A model generated the notes under the pieces. That model was not told the origin of the DNA. It saw nothing but the letters and a program-made list of their open reading frames with translations, and did no database searches. From positions 22,196,001 to 22,260,000 of the forward strand of contig NC_043003.1 of NCBI RefSeq assembly GCF_006345805.1: a stretch of 64,000 nucleotides of DNA, read 5' to 3'. Of this stretch, positions 1-12,470 are shown piece after piece. The first letter of the stretch is position 1. Every line of letters starts with the position of its first letter. Position numbers and translations under genes: made by a program. The DNA is from Octopus sinensis. Taxonomy: Eukaryota.

Positions 1-200
1 GCGTTCATTGTAAAGGTATTATTTTCACGTAACGCCCTGTTCTTTTTTCCTCTCTTTCTCGATGGACGACTAATGTCTTGTACTCCTGTGTGTTGTTTTG
101 ATCGATCCAAGTACCAGAATGAATAGGTAATAACTTTTATTGATTGCAGAAAGTTGAATGATAAAATTGCTTCCTGTACTCCGAATGCCTGTTATTTCGA

Positions 201-547
201 GGCCCAGGCGTGGCTGTGTGGTTAAGAAGCTTGCTTCCCAGTCTTGTCGCTATGAGTTCAGTCCCACCGCTTGGCATTTTGGGCAAACGTCTTCAATTAT
301 AGCGCCTTGCCGACCAAAGCCTTGTGAGTGGATTTCGTGTGTGTGCGCGTGTCTTTGTGTTTGTCCTTCACACTGCTTGACAACAGGTGTCAGTTTGTTT
401 ATATCCCCGTAACTTAGCGGTTAGACTAAAGAGATTGAAAGACAAAGTAGCATGCTTTAAGAATATATATACTGAAGTGGATTTTTGGACCAAATCCTTC
501 AAGGTGCACCAACATGGCTACAGTTTACTGACGGAAACAAATAAAAC
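201..547 (+). mobile_element. tRNA-derived SINE, family A (octopus OK/OR-type; exact family name not assigned), diverged copy
   Basis: Head GGCGTGGCTGTGTGGTTAAG (A box) and GAGTTCAGTCCC (B box). The body and tail match the other copies in the window. Confidence 0.85.
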
Positions 548-567
548 ATAGAATATATTATGTGTAT

Positions 568-987
568 TACTCTTTTACTTGTTTCAGTCATATTTGACTG
601 TGGTCATGCTGGAGCACCGCCTTTAGTCGAGGAAATCGACCCCAGGACTTATTCTTTGTAAGCCTAGTACTTATTCTATCAGTCTTCTTTTTCCGAACCG
701 AGAAGTTATGGGGACGTAAACACACCAGCATCGGTTGTCAAGCGATGTTGGGGGGACAAACGCAGACACACAAACACACACATGCACATATATATATATA
801 TATATATATACATACACATACACACGATGGGCTTCTTTCAGTTTCCGTCTACCAAATCCACTCACAAGGCTTTGGGTGGGCCCAAGGGTATAGTAGAAGA
901 CACTTGCCCAAGGTGCCACGCAGTGGGACTGAACCCGGAATCATGTGGTTGGTAAGCAAGCTATTTACCATACAGCCACTCCTACGC
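568..987 (-). mobile_element. SINE family A, near full length
   Basis: Reverse complement of the family consensus, from the GGAGTGGCTGTGTGGTAA head to the AAACAAGTAAAAGAGTA tail. Confidence 0.92.
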
Positions 988-1446
988 GTATTATTTGTTT
1001 CAGTCATATGACTGCGGCCATGCTGAGCACCGCTTTTAGTAGAATAGATTTATTCTTTGTATTCTAGCGGTTTCTTTTGCCGAACCGCTAAGTTACTTGG
1101 AAAGGTTGGTTGAAAAGCTTGTCACTAACTCCAAAAAAAAAAGACTACTAAAGGCAGTGGATTGACTCAGAATCTTTACTACATGGATAAAATACTTTGT
1201 GGTGTTTACTTCCTGCCTTTGTCAAGTGATGGTGGGGGGAAAACACACACACAAACATATATATATACTGCAGGCGTCTTTCAGTTTCCATCCACCAAAT
1301 CCACTCACAAGGCTTTGGGTCGTCCTGAGGCTATGGTAGAAGACACTTGCATAAGGTACCACACAGTGGGACTGAACCCGGAACCATGTGGCTGGTAAGC
1401 AAGCTGCTTACCATACAGCCACTCCTGTGCCTATATATATATATAT

Positions 1447-1774
1447 CATCAACATCATCATCGTTTAACGTACGCTTTCCATGCTAGCATGGGTTGGACG
1501 ATTTGACTGAGAATTGGCGAACCAGATGGCTGCACCAGGCTCCAATCTGATCTGGCAGAGTTTCTACAGCTGGATGCCCTTCCTAGCCAACCACTCCGAG
1601 AGTGTAGTGGGTGCTTTTACGTACCACCGGCATGAGGGCCAGTCAGGCGGTACTGGCAATGGCCACGCTCAAATGGTATTTTTTACGTGCCACCTGCACA
1701 GGAGCCAGTCCAGTGGCACTGGTAACGATCATGCTCGAATGGTGCTTTTTATATACCACTGGCACGAAAGCCAG
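1447..1774 (-). mobile_element. 5'-truncated RTE-clade LINE 3' UTR
   Basis: (GAT)n tail on the minus strand, GGTTGGC..AGGAAGGGCATCCAGCTGTAGAAAC motif, and GTGCC-GGT-GGCAC-GTAAAAAGCACC modules. Same family as 4028-4438, which retains coding sequence. Confidence 0.8.
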
Positions 1775-2031
1775 TTTATATATATATTAGGTTTGGAGAT
1801 GATGTACAGGTATTATATATTAGAAGAAATAAAACATTCAGAAATCTGGATGGTTTTATATTTACAGATTTTTATTAATATGTCACATGTTTTTATAAAT
1901 CATATATTGGCGCTTGCATCCACTCCAGTGGATTCTTCAGATTGAATTATATATATTATATATATTTATATATTATATATGTTATATATTATATATTTTT
2001 ATTATGTAATATTCATTGTTAGAACACTTAC

Positions 2032-2122
2032 CATGGCCCTACTCAATCATGGCTGGCTCAGGGCTAAAAGAACAGCAGCATTATAGAGATTTCTTACACT
2101 GCAATCTCAGTATTTCTGTTTC
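2032..2122 (-). other. Candidate exon of a minus-strand gene (5' UTR ending in ATG)
   Basis: Minus strand reads ttattactgttatag|GAAACAG...AGGGCCATG|gtaagtg. Strong donor. All three frames have stops before the terminal GCCATG. Confidence 0.4.
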
Positions 2123-2420
2123 CTATAACAGTAATAACATCTAACACTGATCATTCTAGTCTTCTATTTCAGTCTCTTTACCATACCAGTTATGCTGTTT
2201 CCAAAGCATCTTTCTAACTAATCTGTCTTAAGTATTTCTAAAATACCAACCTAACAAGTTGATCTACTACTGTTACAGCTTTAGGCTGATATAGAGGAAA
2301 TAATAACAGTAACAAACACCGACAAAAGCTACAATATCAACAAACAAAAAAAAGTGTTAATGTTTCAGAAAACTTGATTGTGTATTTGTTCATCTTTCTC
2401 TCCCTCTTTCCTCCCTTCCT

Positions 2421-2465
<45 letters not shown>

Positions 2466-2648
2466 ATATATAATATGTATGTATTGAGTGAGTAGCTATA
2501 ACTTTGTTGTGAAGAAATTCACTTTGAAACCATGTAGTTTTAGGTTCAATCCCTCTGCACAGCATCTTGTATATGTGTCTTCTACAGCCATGGGCCAACC
2601 CATGCTTTGTTAATGAATTTGGTCGAAGGAAACTGCAAGAAGCTCATT

Positions 2649-2650
<2 letters not shown>

Positions 2651-2742
<92 letters not shown>
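2651..2742. repeat. (AT)n microsatellite, about 46 units
   Basis: Uninterrupted AT run. Confidence 0.98.
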
Positions 2743-2746
<4 letters not shown>

Positions 2747-3021
2747 AGGCGCAATGGCCCAGTGGTTAGGGCAGCGGACTCGCTGCCGTAGGGTCGCGGT
2801 TTTGATTCCCAGACCTGGCTTTGTGTGTGTTTATTAAGCGAAAACACTTAAAAGCTCCACGAAGCTCCAGCAGGAGGTGGTGATCCCTGCTGTATTCTTT
2901 CACCACTTTTTCTTCTGTTGGCCTGCTCGCTTAGCCAGCAGGGTGGCGTCATTCGAAGGCTAAAACAATGTGAACGCATTGTGACCAGCGATGTGTAACG
3001 ACATCTGATGGTCTGGTTGGT

Positions 3022-3029
<8 letters not shown>
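2743..3029 (+). mobile_element. tRNA-derived SINE, family D
   Basis: Head GGAGGCGCAATGGCCCAGTGGTTAGGGC..TTTGATTCCC. A reverse-strand partial copy lies at 21783-21996. Confidence 0.85.
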
Positions 3030-3074
<45 letters not shown>

Positions 3075-4027
3075 TATGTATGTATTAATTATTGAATTAT
3101 GTATTAATTAACTTCATTAGCTTACAGCTGCTTCTGCTATATTTATGTGTGTATATTATTTTACATATTATCATTAAATAGCAAATAACTTGAAAAGGTT
3201 GGTTGAAAAGCTTATCACTAACTCCAAAAAAAGACTACTAAAGGCAGTGGATTGACTCAATCTTTACAACACGGATAAAAAACTTTGTGGTATTTACATC
3301 CAACATTTGACTTTCTGAGTTCAAACCTCATTAAAATCAACTTCACCTTTTCAGCTCAATCTTCCAAGCAGTATTAGATTTACCTATAGGCTTGGCTGGC
3401 TGAAGCATTGACCTCAAAATCTGGTAGGCTCTCAGCCAAAGTATTTTTCTAGCCATGAATGTGGGAGATAAAGAAGCCCTAAGCCATTCCACTTGTGAGG
3501 TGTTCCTCACAAGTCGAATGGCTTAGAGCTTCTGTTCGTCTAAATCCAGTACTGTTTTCATGGATAAAGTAAAGCATCAATCGATAAAATTGACTGATAC
3601 TAGTATCTTCCAGGCTTCAAACCTGAGAGTTCAGCTGAGGACCACAGACAAATGTCTTCTCAATGCTGCTTGTACTTTAAGGGTAGATGGAGAAAAACCT
3701 CAACTGTCATAGGGAGCCACTGGCACGGGAGGCAGTCAGTGACCCTGGCAACGATCACGCCTGAATGGTGCTTTTAACATTCCACTGGCACGAGTGCCAA
3801 TCAGGCGGTACTGTCATTGACCATGATGATTTCACTTGCCTCAACAGGTCTTCACTAGAATAGCGTAAGGTGCAGAAATCCGAAGTATGAGTTTTAAAAG
3901 ACATAATGATGTCACACAAATGCTATAATTAATGCAAAATGTGGTGCATTTTTCATCATACCTGATGCTAGTCAACAGAAGACTATAATACATATAAGGA
4001 TGTCCTGTTTTATACTATGTAATATGG

Positions 4028-4438
4028 AGTAGCCAGTCAGTGGCCCTGGCAATGATCACGCTCGAATGGTGCTTTTAACGTTCCACTGGCACAGGTGCCA
4101 ATCAAGCGGTACTGTCATCGGCCACGACAATGATTTCACTTGCCTCAACAGGTCTTCACAAGCCTAGTTTATTGTCCAATGATTGAAGGGTACTCTTAAA
4201 TGGGCTGGTTATACAGCACTGGTATAGGCCACGGTTATGGTCTCACTTGGCTTGCCGGGTCTTCTCAAGCACAGCATATCTCTAAAGGTCTTGGTCACTT
4301 GTCATTGCCTCGGTGAAGCCCAATGTTCGAAGATCGTGCTTCACCACCTCATCCCAGGTCTTCTTGGATCTACTTCTTACACAGGTTCCCTCAACTGCGA
4401 GGGTGTGACACTTTTTCACACAGCTGTCCTCATCCATT
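4028..4438 (-). mobile_element. RTE-clade LINE 3' end including the decayed ORF C-terminus
   Basis: 4437-4243 (-) translates MDEDSCVKKCHTLAVEGTCVRSRSKKTWDEVVKHDLRTLGFTEAMTSDQDL*RYAVLEKTRQAK*, which resembles the RTE C-terminal GRPRKTW..W motif. It continues into the same 3' UTR; a second UTR fragment lies at 3713-3856. Confidence 0.85.
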
Positions 4439-5274
4439 CACAGTACACACATACACACACCTCAATGACAGGCTTCTTTCCATTTCTGTTTTATTTTAAT
4501 TTCTCTCATAAGGGTTTGGTTGGCCTGGGGCTACAGTAGAAGTCACTTGCCCAAGGTACCATGCAATGTGGGACTGCTCTTGAGATCACATGGTTGGAAA
4601 GAAAGCATCTTAACCACATGGCAACACCTGTGCTGGGATTTCATTGATTTAACTGAGGAAGAAAGTTTTGAATATCTCACTACTTAATGTCTTTCATATA
4701 TTTCATTCCATTCCACCATTTGTTGAAGATTCAACAAGATCTACTTGTTGAAGATTCAACAGCTTATGTTGGTTTTAGGTCTATCTGTCTAAACTGATTG
4801 TGGATTGGACAGTTTACCTCTGTTAAGATGAAAAAGTCTTGAACAGAATTTGAATTCAGAATGCAAAGAACCAGAACAGATACTACATGGCTTGTCTGAT
4901 GCTCGAACAGTTTTACTTATCCATCCTCCTGGGTCAGTATTTTATTTACCAAGCTTGAAAGGATAAAAAGCAAAGTTGACCTCTGAGGTTTTAGTGCAAA
5001 GAGCAGAGATGAATGTTGTAAAGCATTCAACCCAACGGTCTCACGGTCCTGCTTGGTCCCTTTCTCTTTGGTTGACTTGGGGCTGTAGAAAATACTTACC
5101 CAAACATAGTCTTTAGTTCAGTCCCACTATGTGTGTGACACCTTAGGCAGGTTTCTCAGCCCTGAGCTGACCAAAGCTTTCTGTAGACAAACTGAAAAAA
5201 GCTCGTTTTATTTATATAAATGTTTCTCAAATTGAATTAGGTATGGAAACAATTGTAGGTTTGATGTTGTTCGG

Positions 5275-5317
<43 letters not shown>

Positions 5318-5710
5318 ACTCATTTTTTCTTTCAATTATTTGTCAATTGACTGTGGCCATGCTGGAGCACTGCTTTGAGGGGTTTTAGTCAAACAAATTG
5401 ACACCATACACACGTATTAACGTATGAAAGGCAAAATCTAAGGCACAAATGACTCCTTCCCTCTCCATCTATGTGTGTGACCAAGTGTTTTTGAATTGGT
5501 ACACCTTATCCTTTGTCCGTATGCTTTGAAAGAGGTAAATAATTGAGTTGATGTCAGGGGACGGGTGAAGTCTACCCCCACCACAAAAAACAAAACAAAC
5601 AAATGAAAAACAAGTCGTCCAACTCATGCCAACAGGGAAGTCGGACGTTAAATGATATATCTATATATATGAGCGTAATTTGAGGATACATACATATATG
5701 AATATAGATA

Positions 5711-6272
5711 CAGAGTGCAATGGGTAAATTGTCACCGTTTTATAGTTTTAATTTCGCTCATGCGCATTGTTTTTGATTTTGTTGACTACACAGTATTGTA
5801 GGGTCAGTTGGGCACCGTCTGTGAGGAAAAACAGCATAATTCACCCTGCCAGAAATTTGGAAACGACATGCTGTACTGCTTGACATTTGTTCTGGAAGCT
5901 CCAATGAGAACATTTCGGAGTGTTTGGGTGTCAATCTGAGGACATGTACTGAGAGTGATAAAAATCAAACATCCAGTCAACATCACGGTGTTTGAAGTGA
6001 TCACTAGCGATGGCGACGTTATGCCTCCATTCATCTTCCCACACGGCCTCTGACAAAACACGGAAGCCTACATGAAGTGCCTGGAGGAGGCAGTGCTGGC
6101 CTGAGTGAATAGGGAAGCTGCTGGCAACAGAAGTCTGCACCATGCCTCACAAACAGGGGAACCCAGTCATGGCTGTCAGACAATTTCTGTGACCACATCA
6201 CCCCTAACGTCTGGCCACCTAACTCCCCAAACTGCAACCCCTTCATTATCATGTGTGGGGTGCACATTATCA
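5711..6272 (+). mobile_element. Decayed, internally deleted Tc1/mariner DD37D (maT-like) transposon
   Basis: Starts TA|CAGAGTG. Remnant translation KHPVNITVFEVITSDGDVMPPFIFPHGL*QNTEAYMKCLEEAVL...QSWLSDNFCDHITPNVWPPNSPNCNP, with stops and frameshifts. Confidence 0.85.
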
Positions 6273-6277
6273 TGTGT

Positions 6278-6580
6278 GGGCAGGTGTCTTCTATAGCCTC
6301 GGGCCGACCAAAGCCTTGTGAGTGGATTTGGTAGACGGAAACTGAAAGAATCCCGTCGTGTATATGCATGTGTGTGTCCGCGTTTGCTGCCACCCCAACA
6401 TCGCTTGACAACCGATGCTGGTGTGTTTACGTCCCCGTAACATAGCGGTTCGGCAAAAGGGACGGATAGAATAAGTACTAGGCTTACAAAGAATAAGTCC
6501 TGGGATTGATTTCCTCGACTAAAGGCGGTGCTCCAGCATGGCCACAGTCATATGACTGAAACAAGTAAAGAGTAAAAGAG
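6278..6580 (+). mobile_element. SINE family A, 5'-truncated
   Basis: Matches the family body and the AAGAGTAAAAGAG tail. Confidence 0.9.
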
Positions 6581-6914
6581 TATACCTTTTACGAAAGCGT
6601 TCTCGTCACAACTAGCCAGCATCTTTTCATATCACTGTATCTAGGGGCTCTGCGATATGTAGCTTTTGTTTTATTTTGTGATTTGAGGGAGATTTGGCTG
6701 CTATTTCTAGCGTCGAGGCTGCCTCATTGACTCATGAAGTTAGGTGCTGCTTTGCTTGTGTGGGCATTTATTCAATATACACACACATATATGCGTTCAT
6801 TGACATCGCATAACCAACAACACACAGGTATTGGTTATCTAGAAAGATAGACAGACGTCGAGATCCAACGGCTGTCTAAACTTTTTATACAACTACAACA
6901 CAAACAACATTAAA

Positions 6915-6990
6915 TTTCCGGTTTATGAAACACTGAAAAATTAGCAATTATTGATTGTCAACGTGAAGTGTCTCTTCTGTCAGGTAAAAG
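6915..6990 (+). promoter_or_regulatory. Possible TSS / first exon
   Basis: ETS-like TTTCCGGT at 6915-6922 and CAG|GTAAAA at 6983/6984, at the left edge of the CpG-retaining domain. The same AG could instead be an acceptor. Confidence 0.25.
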
Positions 6991-7096
6991 TTTTATTTTG
7001 TAAACAGTTGAATATGCGTGTGTGTCCATTTCGTGTTTGTTTCGCAAGCATTTGTGCGTATCTTTGTAGACTTCATGTATACATACATATATACAT

Positions 7097-7141
<45 letters not shown>

Positions 7142-7729
7142 CATAATGTGTGTGTGTTTGTGTATATATACGTGTGTGTATAATTTACTTATTCGAAGCT
7201 GCAAGTTCCACGAAAAAATAAACTCTTCTTCTATATACGTTTTGAATACTTTCCACACCTGCATGCGAATTCAAACTTGTGTGTATGTGTAAGATATTTA
7301 TATATGTAACCTTAGAAAATTGATCTACGTGTGTATATTTATTATAAATATAATTTGAAAAGTTGTTTGAATGCGTATGTCTGGTCCATGAGGAAACACC
7401 CTCCCTCCTTTTTTTTTTTTGCTCATCAGTATTCATGTTTATATTCTGATCTCATCTACTGTACAGTGAAATTTTCTAATATTTAAAACGTATTTCATTT
7501 CTTCTTATATAAGCTTTATGCATAAAATAACATTTTATATAGACACACATACACACCCACACGTATATATAAAGCTAAGGCTTTGGCCATGTCTATTACG
7601 GTAATCTCTCACCATATCGCGGTTTTTTTTTATTTAAGCTTACGTCGATTCCTCTTGGTGTTGTTTTGCATTTATAATAAAGTAAAGCCAATAAATATAT
7701 ACAAATTATAATAATTAATAAGATACAGT

Positions 7730-7806
7730 ACTGTTTCTACTTCGGATTTTCACCTATCGCGAGGTGTTTTGGAACATAACACCCGCGATAACCGAGGGAT
7801 TAGTGG
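7730..7806 (-). mobile_element. pogo/Tigger-like DNA transposon terminus
   Basis: Minus strand CACTAATCCCTCGGTTATCGCGGGTGTTATGTTCCAAAACACCTCGCGATAGGTGAAAATCCGAAGTAG resembles Tigger-type ends (recalled, not searched). Confidence 0.6.
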
Positions 7807-8739
7807 TATACACACACACACAGATGCACTCGTTCAACCTGTTGCTTGTAGTAAGTTGGAGTGTAAATAAAGTATTTATATAAATACGAACTCCTGGTAA
7901 CTTTTAATATTGAACGCTATAATTTTATATCAGATCTTATATATATTAGCTCGCTCGTATAAACGTTTATATATCCACCTACGCCTATAGAAAGAAGTAT
8001 TTGTGTTTAAAGATACCTGTATGTGAGCGCGCGCGCACACAGAGGCCTCTTTTATGCTTCGTTGCTCTTCAGAGGGTATATTTTCGCTTCAGAAGACGAA
8101 AATAAAAAGGTTAATATTTTTTTTATTCGTATGTGTGTGTGTCCGGACATTGACTGAAGATATGTGAATACTACCTGGATTATTTTACACGCTATTTATA
8201 TATACCCGCACAATGTACGGTCGGATCTTCAATCTTATATGTCCGGACTTTTAAAAGTTGACGTACGTAAAACGCATGACGCCTGCCTGCCTGATAGCGA
8301 CTGTGGTGGTTTGGTGATGGATATATAGTGAGTGTGAATATGGTCATGGCCTGAGACATTTCAGTACACTTCTGTTAATTGCCTGTTGACGCCCGACTTG
8401 TAAAAAGATATACACAACTCCAGCCGCCTCTGCGCCATCCAGAAATGAAACGATAAAAGCGTTTCATTTTACTTAATTGCTATCGGCCAACGAGACAAGC
8501 TCTTAACCATTCGCACGACCCGTTAGAAAATAGTAAATAAATAAATTTTCCTCTGTTGTCTTAAAAATACAAAACAAAACACTGGCAAATATAGTTTCTG
8601 GTATATAAAGATACAGGGTTGTCATTGCTGAAATACCTTTAATCACAAGTATGATTAATCAGGGCTGATCTGGGACTAAGCAACAACATTATTGCTGTCG
8701 TTCGAATCGCTAGAAACAGCAGTCAAATATACTTTACAT

Positions 8740-8946
8740 CAGTGTTTCTCAACCACTTTTTTTTTTTTTTTTACTTATGGACCTCTTGGATTCCTATTTT
8801 ATTCGAATGGACCGTCCAATTATATTTTTGTAAGTAAATATTAGGAATTATATGATAATGATTATTAAAATATTTATGTATTTTAGAAGTATTGCAGGTA
8901 AATTTTAACAACAAAATCTTACATGGACCCCGGCTGAGAAGCCCTG
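8740..8946. mobile_element. hAT-type MITE
   Basis: TIRs CAGTGTTTCTCAACC / GGCTGAGAAGCCCTG. 8-bp flanks CTTTACAT / CTTTATTT (6 of 8 match). Confidence 0.75.
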
Positions 8947-9508
8947 CTTTATTTCTGTTCCGTTCTTGGTTGGTCCCAAAAGAGTGTTAGTTTCTCTATC
9001 AGAGGAGTTCCTGTCCCAACACGTTTAATTTCTGGAGAAGGGAATGCTATATGTGTGTGTGTGTGTATGTATAGTCTTCCCGATTCTTAGAAAGAGAGGT
9101 GAAGGTTGGCGCCAGTATCTCGCTGGGCGACTTTGCCTTTCATTCTTTCGGGGTCGATTAAATAAGTACCAGTTACGCACTGGGGTCGATATAATCGACT
9201 TAATCCGTTTGTCCCTTCTGTGTTTAGTCCCATGTGGGCAATAAAGAAATAGGTATTTTATCAACCACAGAAATATAGAAGGTGGAGTTGAATTCGGCAA
9301 GATTTGAACCCAGAACGCAAAGAACAGGAACAAATATCTCAATTTAATCTGTCTGACATTTGCCTTAAACACAAACAAAGGACATGTTAGACAATGTAGT
9401 TCTAGAGAAAAAACAACACTGTAGTTAGAAAGAAGAGGGAGTTTTGGAATAGCTGTTATTTAAAATTTCCTATAGTATTTCAGTGTTTAATACAACGGAA
9501 CTTACGAT

Positions 9509-9683
9509 TACTCTTTTTACTTGTTTGTCATTTGACTGTGGCCATGCTGGAGCACCGCCTTTAGTCGAGCAAATCGACCCCAGGACTTATTCTTTGTAAG
9601 CCTAGTACTTATCCTATTGATCTCTTTTGCCAAACCGCTAAGTTACGGGGACGTAAACACACCATATACACACACACATACAT

Positions 9684-9748
<65 letters not shown>

Positions 9749-9908
9749 GACGGGTTTCTTTCCAGTTTCCATCTACCAAATCCACTCACAAGGCTTTGGT
9801 CGGCTCGAGGCTAGAGTAGAAGACACTTGCCCAAGGTACCACGCAGTGGGACTGAATCCGGAACCATGAGGTTCATAAGCAAGCTACTTAGCACACAGCT
9901 ACTCCTAC
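9509..9908 (-). mobile_element. SINE family A, near full length
   Basis: Full reverse-complement match to the family, with a central (AT)n. Confidence 0.92.
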
Positions 9909-10480
9909 GAAACAAACAAAAAGACTTTTTCCCCAAATTTCAATTTTGTTTTCACATTCCCTCAGTCATTTCCATTCACGACCTTTTCCAAAATTTTGCT
10001 GAAACGAGGACGTCTTAAGAACGGCTGGAAATTCTAGGGTTTATTTAATCTGTTCAGTTTTGTTGCTCTAAAACTCATGACAAAATCTCTTAAACGTCAC
10101 ATTTCCTTATTTGCTCTTTAATAACCAGTGTCAGATTGGGCGGAACTCATGACCCAAGCAGGGTCCTCTTGACCCATTTATTGTTCGACTGATAGTAAGA
10201 CATTAAATGTTGGATGTAAAATAGATTTTAAAAGAGAATTTTTTTTTCACCCAGGATGTTCTTCTGGTCTTGCTTCGTGACTATTATATAGATCCAAAAG
10301 AAGTGGAATCCGCTAAACGACCTCAAGAGGTGGCATGTAGTGGATTAACTACGTCACCCCAATATTTAGCTACTGTCTGTCTATGTCCAGTTTTTTTTTT
10401 TTTAATTTTATTATTTAACATTAAATGACAGTAATATAAGCAAATTATTTACCATAACAAGAAAAAAATCTTAAATTTAA

Positions 10481-10894
10481 AGGATCTTTTCGGTTTGAAC
10501 GGTAGTTTTTTAATATAATTTCCACGTAACTAAACACTTTTAACTTCGTATACTGGTAGAATGTGTTTATAAAACATCTTTTTCTCTTGGCTTTGAGAAA
10601 ATTCTATGGTTTGTAAGATATTTGTTGTTTTTTTTCTTCAATTTCTGCAATTTCAACAAATCAATGACGTCTATTGAGGTGAAAACATTCTGTGCCGTAT
10701 GAATATGTCCCTCGTTTAAGAAACAGATTGGGTTTATTTACATTTTTGAAGAAAAAAAGATACCCTTCCCCCACCCCTAACTCTCCCTAAAACAGATTGA
10801 AATGCAATAGATCGATACTAGGGTCATAATTATGGGTGACAATTTCATATGACACCGCTAGAAAAAACTGCCGTTCAAACCGAAAAGATCCATT
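10481..10894. mobile_element. MITE with 30-bp TIRs, possibly Kolobok-like
   Basis: GGATCTTTTCGGTTTGAACGGTAGTTTTTT (10482-10511) versus the inverse at 10862-10891, 1 mismatch. TTAA at 10477-10480 and 10895-10898. Confidence 0.8.
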
Positions 10895-11150
10895 TTAAAC
10901 ACTTTTGTATTTTAGTTTTTTGTTTCAATAACTGAACTGCGACCATGCTGAGGCACCGCACCGCCTTGAAGTGTTTAGTCGAACAAATCGATCACCAGTA
11001 CTCGTTTTCTTTTTCTTGATGCTCTAAGCATGTGGTTATTTTGTTTAATGCTTAACCCGGTCCTGATAGAAGGTCGAAGTTAAATACGTGTATCCGTGAG
11101 CGAAAGGGTGAACTAGCCGAAGAAGTGGCCTTTCTGAATGAAACGTCAAA

Positions 11151-11362
11151 ATTCGCCATTCTTTACTTACAATATTCGTTTCATTATCCGTCATCTTTTC
11201 CTTCACATTTCAGGTATACTGAAGACCCTTTTTGTCATTGCTTCCGTCCATGTAAATAAAGTCTTGGTTAAAGCAGGGAATTGTCTGACTTATGACAAAA
11301 AAGGTCTTCAGTATACCTGAAATGTAAATGATGGATAATGAAACGAATAATGTATGGCGAAT
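11151..11362. repeat. Fold-back element with three nested inverted arms
   Basis: Arms 11205-11238/11292-11325 (33 of 34), 11174-11194/11328-11348 (20 of 21) and 11151-11158/11355-11362 (8 of 8). Confidence 0.85.
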
Positions 11363-12117
11363 GTAATGTAATGTATTGCTAGTATTGTCAAGTATTTCAA
11401 TATATGAAGTGAAAACTAGACCATTCTTCCTCTATCAAAATACTCGATTGTGGTTATCGTGCTTTAAAGGATCATTTCTTAAATACGTATCAGTGTGGTC
11501 AAGACGGTCTCTTTGTTACTACCTGGTTTCTGGTTCAGCCACATTGCGTGGCACCTTGAGTGTTGTCGTTATCATAGCTTCGAGTTGGTCAAGGCCTTAT
11601 GAATGGAGTTTGGTAGATGAAAACCGTGTAGGTGTTCGTTAGAGGGGCCATTCATTTTTTTGGGGTGGCGTAGTTAATCCACTACTCAGTTTAACACATC
11701 ACTGCATGTCGCTTTTTGGGTGCCTACAGTAGGTTCCACTCTGTTGGATCTTTTTTATTGATTATGGTGGATCCAGAAAGGCCATAAACACTGCACTTTT
11801 TCTGATATTGCTATTAAAAAAATAAGAGTGGTACAGCTGGAGAAACATCGTGTAGTGACATAAATATATTTGATCCGAGCTTGTAATTCAGTTTCAGTTA
11901 CTAGATTGAACCTGACATTCAACAAAGCTTGCTGTGGTGGAAGCGAATAATTTAGCGTTTCGGGCCTTCACACTTCATCTGTTAGTAAAAAAACAAAAAC
12001 AAAAAAAAAAAAAAAAAAAAATGAACGAAAGAAGTGTCAATACTATGGATGTAAGTCAAAGCCAATTAAATTTGGATTTCTAACATTGGTAAAGGCCGCA
12101 AATATGGAAACACAGAA

Positions 12118-12470
12118 GATGCAGGCTTGATTGTGTAGTAAGACGTCTGCTTCCCAGCCACATGGTTCCAGGTTCAGTCCCATTGCGTGGCACTGTGAGC
12201 AAGTGTCTTCTATTATAGTGTCAATTCAACCAAAGCCTTGAGAGTGCATTTGGTTGACGGACACTGAAAGAATCTCGTCGTGTGTGTGTTTGTGTCCCGC
12301 TACTACTTGACAACCAGCGTTGGTGAGTTTACAACAACCATAACTTAGTGGTTCGGCAAAACAGGCTTTAAAAAAAAGCACTGGGGTCGATTCATTTGAC
12401 TAAAAGTTCTTAAAGAAGGTGCCTCAGCCTGACCGCAGTATAATGACTGAAACAAGTAGAGGTAAAATAA
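12118..12470 (+). mobile_element. SINE family A, diverged
   Basis: Head, body and tail all recognisable. Confidence 0.85.

Noticed and set aside
7755-7790. CpG-rich hairpin first read as a promoter element
   Set aside because: Explained by the pogo/Tigger-like terminus.
11110-11150. Hammerhead-like CCGAAGAAG..GAAACGTC
   Set aside because: The core has C for U4, and I could not build stem I or stem II.
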